Translations under genes and position numbers: made by a program
Assembly (NCBI GenBank): GCA_973895155.1
Contig: OZ316894.1
Span: 24,178,709-24,242,708, forward strand
DNA length: 64,000 nt
Direction: 5' to 3'
Source: Marsupella aquatica
Taxonomy: Eukaryota > Plantae > Marchantiophyta
Shown here: positions 1 through 12,779 of the stretch, piece after piece
How the letters are laid out: each line of letters begins with the position of its first letter
Position numbering within the stretch: the stretch's first letter is position 1
Notes under the pieces: generated by a model
Databases searched by the model: none
What the model saw: only the letters and a program-made list of their open reading frames with translations
What the model was told of the DNA's origin: nothing

Positions 1-3000
1 GTGGGAGGATACATTGGGAAGGAGGTGCGAGCTGTGACAGGGGATAAGCTTCCGATAGTATTGGAGCTGCAGGAGGTCACAGGAGGCAGGAGGTCACATT
101 GGTGGAGCTGCGGGAGGTTATAGCAGGCAGGAGCTACGGGAGCTACGAGAGCTGCAAGAGGTTACATCAGGGAGGAGTTGCAGGAGCTATAGTCGGTGAG
201 GAGCTATTGGTTGGTCAAGAGCTGGAGTTAGGTTTGTGCGCTTCCCTCTCTCTCTCTCTGACTGCTCGAGTTTTGAAAATAAGGGTTCGGCTGCCAAAGT
301 AAATTAGGAAACGCCATTTTTCCTGTCTGTCTGTTGATTTCCGACAGTCCCTATCAATTGTTCGATTGTTCACGTTGGTCCCTGTCTTGTTTGTTGGGTT
401 CTAGCATTGCCTAAACAGATCCCCCTAGTTCCTGTACAGTTTTAGGCTGTTCATCCTATAGCCACTGTCAAGTCTGCGCCTAGACTTGCTCAATCTTTCA
501 AGTCCATGACTGTTTTTGTTATGCAGCAGAATGTAGCCTCTCAAAATAAATCATTCACACAACTCTGACCAAATTAGCAGTTCAAACTGCCACTCGTCTC
601 CCTGGTTCAACCCAATGCACATCAATTGATCAAATCCTCTGCCAGTATGTAGAGCACAATCATATATTTGATGAGGCCCCATATTTTGAGAATTGTTGAA
701 GGCAGCCCTTGGTTTGGGGTTTAGTAGGGAATGAAGATATAAGAGTCGGTTATTGAAGTTTGGTGATCGAGCCTAGTGTCTCAAGAAGAGCTTAAACTGT
801 TGTGGGTATTTTATAGTATTCCAAACGGTTGGTTCACTTTGTCATTGACCTCACGGTATACCTGTTTTGAAGTTTGGGCCAAGCGCGAGTAGAATTTTAC
901 CGCCACTTAGACTCTATCTACATATATGCGGAGGTTCTCAACCTCGTACACATAGGCACCTGCAGAGCACTAAGCTAACAAACAATACTGGATGTGTAAC
1001 TCAGGTCTCACTGATTCTCTCTGGCCAAGTATCATTCTCCGTTTCCATCTCTCCATTCCACATCCCATTTGGTGAAGCTCATGCAACAGATGGCAATGCT
1101 TTCGACCTGTGCCTTAGACCCCAGTGTTAATATACAAGAGGTTTAAGCTGAGTGAGGCATTGAAGTAGAATCACCGGCTGTTAATCCTCGCAGAGAAGGA
1201 CCTGCCCTTGACAGTACCATAGCCCAGACCTAGTGAAGACCCACTGAATGACAAACATCTGCGTATGTTGGATCTCTGTTGCGCTCTACTTTCTTTCACA
1301 TATTTTCTTGTCTCTGTCCTCTATGTTCAGCTGTGGACTAGCTCAAAATAGGGTATGTAAGAAACTCATCATTTTTTTGCTTTTTGTACAAGGATAGTAA
1401 GAAATACATTTTAGCATTAGTAAAGTACTTAGGGTTTGCAACCCTAAGTCACTAAGGAAGGATAGTAGGGAATCATGGAAGGGAAAAATATGTTGTTCTA
1501 AGAAGATGTAAAGGGATAAGTGAGGTCTTTATGGTAGGGCAGCAAATATTCTTTCCTTAGTTAGGATAGGCGACTAAGTCGGGACCGGAAAATGACCCAA
1601 CACCTGACATCTCATTTTTGGCTAATATTTCTCCCATGGGTGCGGGGAGGTCCCTAGGGAACCCTGAAAAATTATGAAGTGAAGTAGGGTCTCAACCTAG
1701 GAATTGTGAGTATTTTGGCTGAACTTAAAATAACCATCTAGCGGGTCCCGGAGAAATTAGCCAAGGGGTAGATATTTTTAGTTCGAGGTTAAAATTGGGT
1801 ATAGTATAGCCCATAATATCCCTTGAAAGTCTAAGAAGTAGTTTATCAACTTTGGTTAGTTTTTGGGAGCACCTCAAAGATTGGGAAAAGTAATGCAACA
1901 TATAGATATGGGCAAACTTAGGTATTTTTAGAAAAGTCAGTGCGGGGTATTTAGTGCGTTTGACAAATTCAGGAGGGAGTCCTATGTCCAAAAATCCCAT
2001 AACTATGCTCAGAAGTTCTTTTAGACCTATGGGTGATTTTTGGCATGGCTTTAAAAAGGGCTAGTACAAAGTTTTCTCCCGCGAGAGAACCAAATTTTTT
2101 CTAAGTGTGGAAACGCGACGACGCGGCTGCGACGAGGCTAGCACGAGGCAGGAAGGAGTCTAAGCACGAGGGTGGCTGTGAGTTGAGTGATTAGACTATG
2201 AAATCACATGGTGGAAAATCTATGGTGGGCTATTGTTGCTCCAGCACGAGATCGGCTAACTTAGGCAATGTGAAATTGATGCAGCAGCTGTCTAGTAAAC
2301 GTGATCTCTGCCTGGATGCTGACAAATTGAGAAAGGGCAGGCACTACATAGGCTATAGAGCTTGCTGCCAAGGAAAACATGGATGCTGCTGGCTGATTCA
2401 CTCTACTGGCTGATTCAATGTGCTGGCTGATTCAATCTGCGGGTAGGTAAGCTTGTGCTGAGTAAATTCAAAAGAGAATGGCTGGCAATTGAGAATCCAT
2501 GTGCTGAGAATTGACCAGCTGCTGCAATTTACAGCAGTTGTGAGCTATGGCTACTCCTGAGCAAATCAATCACAATCCAGCCCAACAATTAGAAGGGACT
2601 CAGTCATAAATCAGAGGAGAAGCTACTGCAAAAATCAGTCAAGCAATTAGTCAAGGAATCATCCTCAAATCAGCTGTACAATCAGGCACGATGCTAAGCT
2701 CTATAGCTTCTGGAAAGACTGGACCTTATGAGGAACTCTCTCAGGTCGACACCTGGTATACACATAAGTGTAAACCGGGACCTATGACAGTGTAATTCAG
2801 AGCCCTTTTGCACATAAGGGATTGAGAGAGGGAAAATGCCATAAATTGAGCTAGGGGCATCCATTGGGGCCCATATTTTTTGTGCCAATTCAAGGAAAGG
2901 TAAAGCATCGTTGAGTGAAGGTAGAAACCCAGGAAAAGAAATACCCAGAGATATTTTAAACCGTCGCCATGGGGGGTCCCGCTAGCTTGCAAACGGGAGC

Positions 3001-4296
3001 TGCCAAGGGGGAATGAATACCAGATGTAGGACCAAACACTTTGGGTACCCATACCACTTTAGTAAGGCTCTAGGAAAAGTACTTACCTTTGGTCGAAGGT
3101 GCAAGGCCATCAAGTTAATAGAAGTGAGTATAGAGGGTAGTTTGCTTAGGGTAGTATAAAGGGTACAAGTCAAATAAGGCCAACTTTGACTAGGCATAAC
3201 TTTGGACTCAAGTACTCTTTTTGCGAGCTTTCAAGTGCATTGGAAAGCTGATGAAGAGGACCATAAGTGGGAGCAGGTTTGGAGGTCAAAGCATGCAACT
3301 CATGTGTGGCATATTCCAGGGCTTGGAAGGAGTCAAGCAATAGGTTGTAGAGTGAGCTATGAATTATAGTTTGGACTTGGTGTGTTAGAAGGACTTGGGG
3401 GAGGTATAGTTGGACCCCAGCTCAAGCTCGGTGTGGTGTGAAAGGAGAATAGTATATAAGGTGGAAGATTTCATTTGTTGAGGACCAGAAGTCTCATTCT
3501 TAAGTGTAAGCTCTACCTTGCAAGTTGGGGCTAAGATTGAGAAGGGGAAGGAGGTCCATGCTTAGTGTGGAGAGTGTGTAGTGACCTTTTATGTAAGGAT
3601 TGAGTATACAATAAAAGGATTCTTCCAATCTTCATTGTGACCACTAAGTGTGACTAAATGTGAAGTGTTTGAGAGCAAGAGAAGAGTCCATGCTAGGATG
3701 CAATCTTGGTCTAATCGTGAAGGGGATGTGCTGGTACACAACCAAGGCCAAGGAGGCAAGGTTAAGGTGGAGCACTACTTTGAGGTTTAGAGATGATTGT
3801 ATCTTGAGGGTGGAAAGTATCTTGCTTTGTGTGAGAACCAAGAGGAAGAGTTCTTTGCAAGAAGAGTTTTTCTAGAGCTCAAGGGGGTGTGTGGACCCAA
3901 ACCAAGGCCAGGGGGGGCAAGGTTAAGGGGTAACACTACCTTGAGGATCTTGAGGGGACTTAAGCTTGAAGAGAAAAGTACTTGGGGTTCTTGGGTGTTT
4001 GTTTTAGGGTCTACTCTAAGGTGACAGCTTGGAGTGGATATCCCCCTTGCTAATCCTTGGAGTAGAGGAGAGAGAAAAAGTGGGAGTGCAAAAGTAGTCA
4101 AGGTGACTACCTCTCTAGAAGTGGAGAGTTGAAACTACTTGTGTATGGTGTACTTAGACCTTGCATGCACATTTCAGAAGTTTGGTCAATCCTTTGTGAC
4201 CCTGGTATGACATGAGCAAGTATTAGGTAGTTTTTTAGGGGAAAAGATGCTTAAGCTCCTTGACAAGTGTTTGACATAGAGTCGCACCCTTGTTTT

Positions 4297-4314
4297 TGGT
4301 GCCGCTGCCGGGGA
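4297..4314 (+). promoter_or_regulatory. Primer binding site (Athila-type, tRNA-Asp-like)
   Basis: TGGTGCCGCTGCCGGGGA preceded by a T-run, close to the Athila consensus TGGCGCCGTTGCCGGGGA. Confidence 0.75.
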
Positions 4315-4423
4315 CAACTCTTTGCAATTTTTGTTGTGGGAGTGGAGCCACAAGACTTGGAGGTGTGTTTGCAGGTTTGTTGTTCAAAAGAAGAAGGGAG
4401 ATAAGAAGGTGATTGTGAGTGGC

Positions 4424-4702
4424 ATGCCCACTACAAGGAGTCAAGCACTAAGAGAAGCATCTCTTAGTTTCAACATTGGTGACCAGTTGGAGCAATCAGA
4501 GTGGCTGGACCTTCAATTTCAAGCTCAAGGTGATCAAATTGAAGAGTGGAGTGAGACATCCTCTTCCACTACCGACACAAGTGAAGAGCAAGAGGCAACC
4601 ATGGTGGTGACTCAAAGAGCAAGATTTCAGTACAAGACATTCCATGGCAAGCCCAAGGAGGATCCTGATGCTTGGTTGGAAGACTTCATTGGGACAGCCC
4701 AA
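4424..4702 (+). pseudogene. Retrotransposon Gag N-terminus, truncated
   Basis: MPTTRSQ...YKTFHGKPKEDPDAWLEDF matches the F-x-G-x(3)-EDP-x-x-WL-x-x-F gag motif. Similarity stops abruptly at ~4702. Confidence 0.7.
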
Positions 4703-5134
4703 TCCCATTGACAACACGCCAAGTTCTCCAGCAGCAGACCACTCAATATTGAACTCGGAGGAATACGCCTTTGACGGAAGATGAAGTTTAACCCATTCTT
4801 TCATGGAGCTCAAGAATGACCGAAACAAATCCCCTTCCTTCAATTCCAACGAAGACTACAGGTCCAATTACAAGAGTCTCCCCTTCTGACGTTCTGACCT
4901 TTATGCACAACACGGGTTCCCGTCTCTTTGTTGTGCTAAGATATAATCAAAATCAACTCTGGAGAACTCAAGGCCCCAACGGAAGTCTGGGTTGCTTTGC
5001 TCAAGCAAGACTCCCTCAGAACAATCTGCCTCTGAAATTGGTGGTTTCAATGCATTGAGAGTACTTCCTGAATTGCCACAACCATGCATAATTATTAGTT
5101 TTGTCACTGGAAATTTGGGGTTCTCTATAAGTTT

Positions 5135-5761
5135 GGACAGAGATGATCTCTATCCGATTCCGACTAGAGGTCACTCTCCCTTCCTTGGATAGAGATCATC
5201 CCTGTCCAACTGGACAGAGATGATTTCAGTCATAGGATAGGAATGATCTATATCCAATTACTAATTCAAATCATCACTACCCTCTGCTTGGGTAGAGATC
5301 ATCTCTATCCAACTACAAAGGGATGATCTCTATCTAGGCGGATGATGGGGCAGAGGACGAGAAAGATCCAAAACCTTTTAAAAACTTTAAATCATCTCTA
5401 CCCACTATGTGGATAGAGATCATCTCTATCCAACTGGACAGGGATGATCTCTATCCAAGTAGAGAATGTTAACGATTTGTATTGAATTACTAACATCTCT
5501 ATCCAACTTTACTATCCTATGCTTGGACAGAGATCATCTCTATCCATAGACAGGATGGGAATGATCCGTATTGAATTACTAATAGAAATCATCACTATCC
5601 TCTACTTGGATGGAGATCATCTCTATCCAATTGGACGAGGATGATCTCTATCCATAGACAGGATGGGAATGATCCGTATCGAATTACTAATAGAAATCAT
5701 CACTATCCTCTACTTGGATGGAGATCATCTCTATCCAACTGGACAGGGATGATCTCTGTCC
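5135..5761. repeat. Left array of a 21-bp palindrome (GGAYAGRGATSATCYCTRTCC), with a 108-bp internal duplication
   Basis: Repeated ggatagagatcatctctatcc / ggacagggatgatctctatcc, often in pairs separated by aact. tatccatagacagg recurs at 5541 and 5649. Confidence 0.9.
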
Positions 5762-6865
5762 GGTGCCTAAAACTTGAGGTACTCACTTGGGTTGAGCAAC
5801 TGAAAGGCTCTAGAATCCTCCAAGGCCGTGTCTACCACGTCCGCAATGGAGGAGAGATCCGTCTCCTCTATTGGCTCTGTAGTCAAGTCCACTTGAATAG
5901 GCCTACTTGACTCCATATTTGAACACGTGGCAATCTGGACACGTGGCGGATCAAGGGGCGTTAGATTTAGGGCAACTAATGTGGCGGCGGTGGAGACTGA
6001 GTAGCAATGGAGGAGGAAGCAGAAGAGAAGCGGAAGCACATAGGAGGATCGAGATGAGAGAGAGGATCGAGCACAAGAGGAGCAAGAGTAAGAGGAGCTC
6101 AACAGGAGCAAGAGCAGAGGAGGAGGAGGAGCGGAGGAGGAGGAGGAGAATCACAAGAGGAGGAAATGAAGAATGAGGTCAAGAGAGGACCTCTTGCCTC
6201 CTTTACCCCCTCCCATGGGGGAGGCCGATGATGTACGGCCAATGATGTGAGGCCGAGGATGTACGGCCGACTATGTGAGGCCAAATGCAAAGTACGGCCA
6301 CTAGTGAGGCGCAACCCTCAAACAAGCCCTAACCCTCCACCGCTGGTGAAGGTCGATTGCGCCTTATCGCTTTGCCTCATCTTTGACAGCGAGAATTACG
6401 CTCCATCCCTCTTGAACAATGGTATAAGAACCCCGCGAGCAACCTCATTGTTATTTTCCTTCTTAGATTTTCATTCAGTCTCTCAACGAGCTCCGTTTAT
6501 TACGGAGCTCCATTGAGAAACTTTGGAATTTAAAAGAACCGCCAAACATCCAGTTTTAACCTCTCCTCTTTTATTTTAGATATATGCAAGAAAATTTGTT
6601 CCTTCTACACTATTGAAGCATCTAGTTAACCAGCTTACATATAGCTACCCTTCAGCACTATATTTTAGTCATTTGGTTGACTAGTAAAATGATAGCATAA
6701 AGTCAAGTGAGTTTGGGGTTCAAGAATCATTTCCAATACAGGTAACTCTCAATTAATTTCTCCATTGAAAATATTCCATTGATATTTGCAAATTTTGAAA
6801 TCATATAACTAAGTTACCTAGTGTTGTTTGATTTTATTGAATTGAGAAGATCCTAGTGAAACTCA

Positions 6866-8467
6866 GGATAGGGATCATCCCTATCCACCATTTGGATATG
6901 GATTTTATTGTCTAGAGATCAATTCTACTTAAATACTTGCATTGTCCTTGTCAGCTGTTTGGATAGGGATCATCCCTATCCACCATTTGGACAAGGATTT
7001 TATTGTCTAGAGATCAAGTCTACTTAAATACTTGGATTGTCCTTGTCAAGTGTTTGGATAGGGATCATCCCTATCCACCATTTGGACAGGGATCTTACTA
7101 TCTTTAGATCAAGTTCACATACTTGGATTGTCCATGTCTGTTGTTTGGATAGAGATGATCCCTATCCATGTCAAGTGTTTGGACAGGGATCATCTCTATC
7201 CACCATTTGGACAGGGATCATCTCTATCCGCCATTTGGGCAGGGATCATCCATATCCGCTATTTGGACAAGGATCATTCCTATCAACCATTTGGACAGGG
7301 ATCATTCCTATCAACCATTTGGACAGGGATCATCTCTATCCGCCATTTGGACAAGGATCAGCCCTATCCGCCGTTTGGACAGGGATCATCAATATTAGCC
7401 ATTTGGACAGGGATCATCCCTATCAACCATTTGGACAGGGATCATCTCTATCCGCCATTTGGACAGGGATCAGCCCTATCCACCGTTTGGACAAGGATCA
7501 TCAATATCAGCCATTTGGACAGGGATCATCCCTATCAACCATTTGGACAGGGATCATCTCTATCCACCATTTGGACAGGGATCAGCCCTATCCGCCGTTT
7601 GGACAGGGATCATCTCTTTCAGCCATTTAGACAGGGATCATCTCTATCCACCTTTTTGGACAGGGATCATATGACCCTATCCATCATGTAGACAGGGATC
7701 ATTCTTGTCCGCAATTTGGACAGGATCATCCCTAAGTATGTGTCTTTTGGACTCTATCATCTCTATTCGCCTTTTGGATAGGGATCATCTTCATCCGCTG
7801 TTTGGACAGGGATCATCCCTATCCGCCGTTTGGGCAGCAATCATCCATATCAGCTATTTGGACAGGGATCATCCCTATCAACCATTTGGACAAGGATCAT
7901 CTCTATCCGCCATTTGGTCAGGGATCATCCCTATCTGTCATTTGGACTGGGATCATCTCTATTAGCCATTTGGACAGGGATCATCTCTATCCACATATTT
8001 GGACAGGGATCATATAACCCTATCCATCATGTAGATAGGGATTGACCCTGTCCGCAATTTGGATAGGATCAACCCTATCTATCTTTTGGACTCTTTCATC
8101 TCTATCTGCCTTTTGGATAGGGATCATCTTCATTTGCCATTTGGATAGGGTTCATCCCTATCTAATATTTAGACAGTCACGGATCATCCCTATTAACCAT
8201 TTTGGACAACGATCATCCGTATCCGCCTTTTGGACAGGGATCATCCCTATGCATTTTCAGGACAAGGATCACCCTATCCAGCATTTGGACAGGGATCATC
8301 CCTATCCGGTGTTTGGACAAGGATCACCCTATCCTCCATTTGGACGGGGATCATTCTTATCCGTTGTTTGGACAAGGATCATCCCTATCCGTTGTTTGAC
8401 ATGGATCATCCCTGTCCATTGTCTAGATATTTAGTAACAAGGGATTTTAGGGCTAGATAGGGATCAT
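6866..8467. repeat. Right array: ~28-bp tandem minisatellite ATTTGGACAGGGATCATCTCTATCCGCC built on the same palindrome
   Basis: Dozens of units with a ~28-bp period in the core (7180-8420). Higher-order 4-unit repeats occur near 7377-7600, and ~7660-7800 is duplicated at ~8000-8140. Confidence 0.95.
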
Positions 8468-8605
8468 CGACGTAGTGTGAGTATTAGGTTCAGGTTTTTT
8501 TTTGCTTCATATGCGTTGTCCTTGGATAGGATTGACAACTTTTCGCTTCCTAGTTGGGATCATCTTTAACTAATAATTTACATTTCAAATCGTGCAGGTG
8601 AAAGA

Positions 8606-11600
8606 ATGATGGGAATATTTGTGAGAGGCAACAATGTGATATTGACTATTGACGGTTACAACGTTGCAAGCGGGATAGTTCAAAAAATCAACCCGGAGGA
8701 TAGTGTTCAAAATATATTGTTGAGAGAGAATCAAATTGGTGTTCTCATTGACAAAGTTTTTGACCAAACCGCAAAACTACCATTTCCGATGCCTCGGGCA
8801 GAAAACCTTTTTGATGCCATTGATTCTTGCGTTATTTGGGATTTGTCGTGCGCATATCTATCAACAACAACAAATTCTCAAAAATGCATCAGTGTAGGTA
8901 GTTGTTCAAATCGACTGGAGAGTAATTTGGAGAAAATCCCAATTGTAGAGGAGGACTCATCAACTACTCTGAGGCAAGGGGACGAGGTTGAAATGTTCAT
9001 CTTTGGGTGTTGTGTAGCCCTTGGAGTTGTTTTTAATACAAATCCAATGGACAGATGTCACAACATTTTACTTGGTGAATCACGGATCAGTGTGAGGGTC
9101 ACTGATATCATTCATGGGAGAAGGGTTTTACCTTACAAACATAGTGGGGCTGAAACAATTGATGAGGCAAAAGACTCATGGGTTCTCTGGGATGTGGCGG
9201 ATGTCCGAAGTAGAAAGAGTTGCTCAAAGACGGATGCGGGTGACAATATTGACATAGAGCGGAGTTTTGTTGTGGAGTCTCCGTCAGCTGAAATTTCTAA
9301 AACTAATTGTGACTATTTCCAATGGTCAAATTGGATGTCAGAGTTGGTCGAACTATACATTGGTTCAGATCGAACCAATAAGGTTGCCACAGGGACTATC
9401 ACAGTGCCTCAACAAACAGCGGCGGTTGATGATGAAATCCTTGGCGTGGACCATGTAGGGATTGCTATGAAAGATGTGGTGGAATCACAATACTTTCCCA
9501 ACATCCATAGGGGAGTAATTACTTTGGTTCGATGGCGAATTGATTCAACAAAACTACTTGCAAATGGGAAATTTTTGTCGGACATTTTGGTTGAAGGTTC
9601 AGAGAGGATGGAGTCAGTGGATAGGGATGATCTCTGTCCAAATATAAATGACAAAGGAATGCCGCGCACAAGGCCATACAATTTCAACAAGAGGAGTCAT
9701 GTAGATCCGATTGAAAAGAAGAGAAGGTTGTTGGAAACCAAGGCAGTTTCAAAAAAAACGGAAGCTTCGATTGATGAAATTAAAAGAGAGAATTGTTGCA
9801 AGCAAAAATGTTGTCTGACTATGCCAAGAGAAGACATAGAAGATATTCGGATAGAATTTCACGGTATGTCTAGCGAGTCAAAAACATCACACATTTTCAA
9901 CCTCTTCCACTATAGAGAAGATGATGTTTGTGATAAGGGTATGGTTGTATGTAGACATGCATTTGCAATCATCCATGGCTTTAGCCACACAAAATATTAT
10001 GATTACAAAAGGAGATCTGTGGAAGGTTGCAAAATTGGGTTCCATGGAAAGACAGGCTCCATGAAAACAAGGTCAAATACCTTGCATGCGCGAGCTCTAT
10101 TGGAGGATTTTTTGACTCGAAATGCAGAGCCCATGCCTCATATACCTTATGCTGGGGCTCATGGAACAGACTCCATTGAGTATCGTCTTCCAGCGTGTTA
10201 CAAGAAGTTGGAGATTCTAGAAGATCTGAGAACAAAGATGAAGGAAGAGGGGCTTCTTCCAGTTACAGAGAATACTCTGTACAAGATTTGGAGCAAATCA
10301 TTCGCAAACTTTAGTTTCCATAAAGATGGCGCATTTGCCAAGTGTACTCTTTATTGTGAATACAAAGATAGTTTGATGCAAGAAAGAAGGAAAAAAGAAC
10401 GTGCTGAAATTGAAGAAAAACGAGCGCAACATCTTTGTGAGCAAATGTCATGTAGATATGTTTATTATGCTCATCGAGTGATGGCCAAGCAACATCCAGG
10501 AGAATATCTTTGCATCATTCATGACAAGATGGATCAAGCAAAGACGTGGATTCCAAAAATGGTCAGTATTCCTAAATCACTTTCAGGTCATGGAATGCCA
10601 GTACCTATTGCTCTCACAGGGATGTTGACCCATGGAAGGGATCCAGGAGTTTATGCACACTTTAGTGTCACTGGCCTTTGGCTAGGAGATGCCGATTTCA
10701 CGGTGACATCCTTGGCTAAGTGTCTTCGAGACCTTGAGAAGTACAATGGAGACAAGACAGGTGACATGTTGGATGACCTTTATTTGGAACCTCATAGACC
10801 TTTCTTTCAAGCCCTTCTTGATTTTGATGCATTTTTTAAGGGATATTTGGAACCAAAGGGTATTCCAATGAATAGGTATATTGGTTCTGAAGATGCAGTC
10901 GAGAGTCAGACGGAGACGGTCTCCACCCAACATGGTGAGAATCAAGGAGGGGACATGCATGGGGAACAAGGCAGTCCAACTTTCAAGCCCTTGCCAAGGC
11001 ACCTAACGTTGCAAATGGATAATTCAGCAAAGGATAACAAAAACCAGACTGTCATGGCATTTTGTAGTGAGCTTGTGAGTAGAGGAGTATTTGAAACTGT
11101 TCAAATGTCTTTTCTAATGGTTGGTCATACGCACGAAGATGTCAATGCACTCTTTTCGAAGGTATCATATCAAGTTCACCTTCCACCACTCTTGGTCAGA
11201 TCTTATGGCAGATCTGACCTTCAAGATCTGCTCCAGTTGGTGGAAGGTGCATAAGATCTGACAACAAATTCTCTTCTTTTACCTAGTGGAGAGCCCTTAG
11301 CTAAATCCATTGGAGAGATACACAAAAAATCTGAAGAGATTATCCCATTTCTTAACAAGTACCTTGATTTTTTGAGAAAGAGTTGCACTGATGAGACATC
11401 TATAGCATATAAGGAAAGATTTCCTCTTGTGAAATATTGGGAGAGAATTGTGGAGTTGTTGACAGATGGGCTCGCACTAGAAGGGGAGGGAAATAATCAA
11501 TTTCCCTTGAAAAATGAGTTTTGGCCTAAGACTAACCACGGCATTGGTTACAAGGTCAACCAACCAGAACAAAGTGGTCCTCCAAGTGAAGATGAGGAGA

Positions 11601-12148
11601 ATGCAGAGATGGCAGGTCTTCAAAATGAGGTCTTGGAAGAGATGGAAGATCAAGCAGCACCATTTGTTGGATCTCGAGCTGAGAGAGAACAAGGACGGTG
11701 GATTCCCCTACAGGATATTCATGAAGGGAACTTTGTATTTCTTCGACCCGAGGATGACTGGGAGAAGAAAAACGGTGGAGGGCATTTCTGGTTGGTGAGA
11801 GCTTTGGGTTCAGTGGACCCTAAGCATGAAGTCCCAACTACTGCTTCAACAAACCCTCATCTGCCTCAACAATATGCTCCAATGTTTCTAGTCAAATGGT
11901 GGAGGCCTAAACACTCTAAACTTGATGTGACTGAGAGTGCACGGTATCTAAACTGTGTCATGTCCACTAAGACATGGGAACGCGATCCAGGGTTTGGTGA
12001 GAACACTCAACATTGGCAGTATGCAAATTCTGCAATGTATGGTTTTAAATCTAGAATGAAAGAAGAAAACATGGCGGGCAGAGGTTTGAAGATTCCTTGA
12101 AATGTTCTACAAACTGTCCAAAGTTATCTCCAAAGGATGGACAAGTAG
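8606..12148 (+). pseudogene. Sola/DUF7869-like DDE transposase with three N-terminal Tnp1/En-Spm (DUF8039-like) repeats; disrupted
   Basis: Motifs CCKQKC, IIHDKMDQ, LQMDNSAKDNKN and FLMVGHTHEDVNALF. ORFs 8606-11254 and 11372-12100 are in the same frame, separated by one TAA (11252-54) after a scrambled segment. A TGA at 12098-100 precedes a final TAG at 12146-48. Confidence 0.75.
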
Positions 12149-12422
12149 ACTTAGTTGTTACTAGTGAACTCAAGGTATAATTAGATAGTTATTAGTTTTA
12201 TGTAAGATAGTCACTCATTCTAACATAGTAAATTACGTACTAGTTATTTACTATTCTAATAGTTTTAATGTGAGACCATGCCATTGAGTGTTAGTTATAC
12301 TATCTCCTCATTTTCTAAAGGTTTGATCATTATGAATATGAATGTTTGTTTTTTTTGCATAAATAAAAATATTTTTCTATTCATTCCTTTCTTTTAAATG
12401 ATTATAATAAGAGTTGCTAGGA

Positions 12423-12770
12423 AAATGTATACTTTTTAGGCCAAATGTACACTTTGTTGCACTCAAAGCTACACTTTCTAGACCAAATACACTTAAATGT
12501 ACACTTCTAAAGCCAAATGTATGCATTTTTCACTCAATTGTACATTTTTTAGGCCAAATGTATTCAAATGAACACTTTTTAAGCCAAATGTACCTATTTT
12601 GATGCTCAAATATACACTTTTCATTGCCAAAATGTACACTCTTTAGGCCAATTGTACATATTTCTATCCCCAAATGTACACTTTTCATTGGCCAAATGTA
12701 CACTTTTTCAAACCCAAAAGTACACTTTTCATTGCCCAAATGTACATAAATCAAATAATAATACACTTTT
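12423..12770. repeat. Degenerate ~21-23-bp tandem array with core GCCAAATGTACACTTT (likely transposon subterminal repeats)
   Basis: Roughly 15 copies of ccaaatgtacacttt variants directly downstream of the DUF7869-like gene. Confidence 0.85.
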
Positions 12771-12779
12771 AATGAATAG

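Larger units (their letters stand above)
1340..4702 (+). mobile_element. Truncated Athila-like Ty3/Gypsy LTR retrotransposon (probable 5' LTR, PBS and gag start); left boundary approximate
   Basis: Athila-type PBS at 4297-4314 followed ~110 bp later by a gag-like ORF. The long non-coding upstream tract has internal direct repeats (3720-3790 vs 3880-3955). The LTR start could not be fixed because no second LTR is present. Confidence 0.6.

Noticed and set aside
1-420. GGAGCT-rich short repeats, CT microsatellite and GTCCCT motifs suggesting a TE end
   Set aside because: Cut by the window edge; no TIR partner or coding evidence
5907-6176. Arg/Glu-rich ORF and antisense Leu/Ser-rich ORFs
   Set aside because: Low-complexity GA-rich tract, probably UTR or promoter
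7037-8460. Many overlapping + strand ORFs with repeating HLDRDH/PFGQGSS/IWTGII peptides
   Set aside because: Artefact of a stop-poor 28-bp tandem repeat read in all three frames
6866-8467. CRISPR-like array (palindromic repeats of ~28 bp)
   Set aside because: Only ~7-nt near-constant linkers, no unique spacers, no cas genes, and a eukaryotic context
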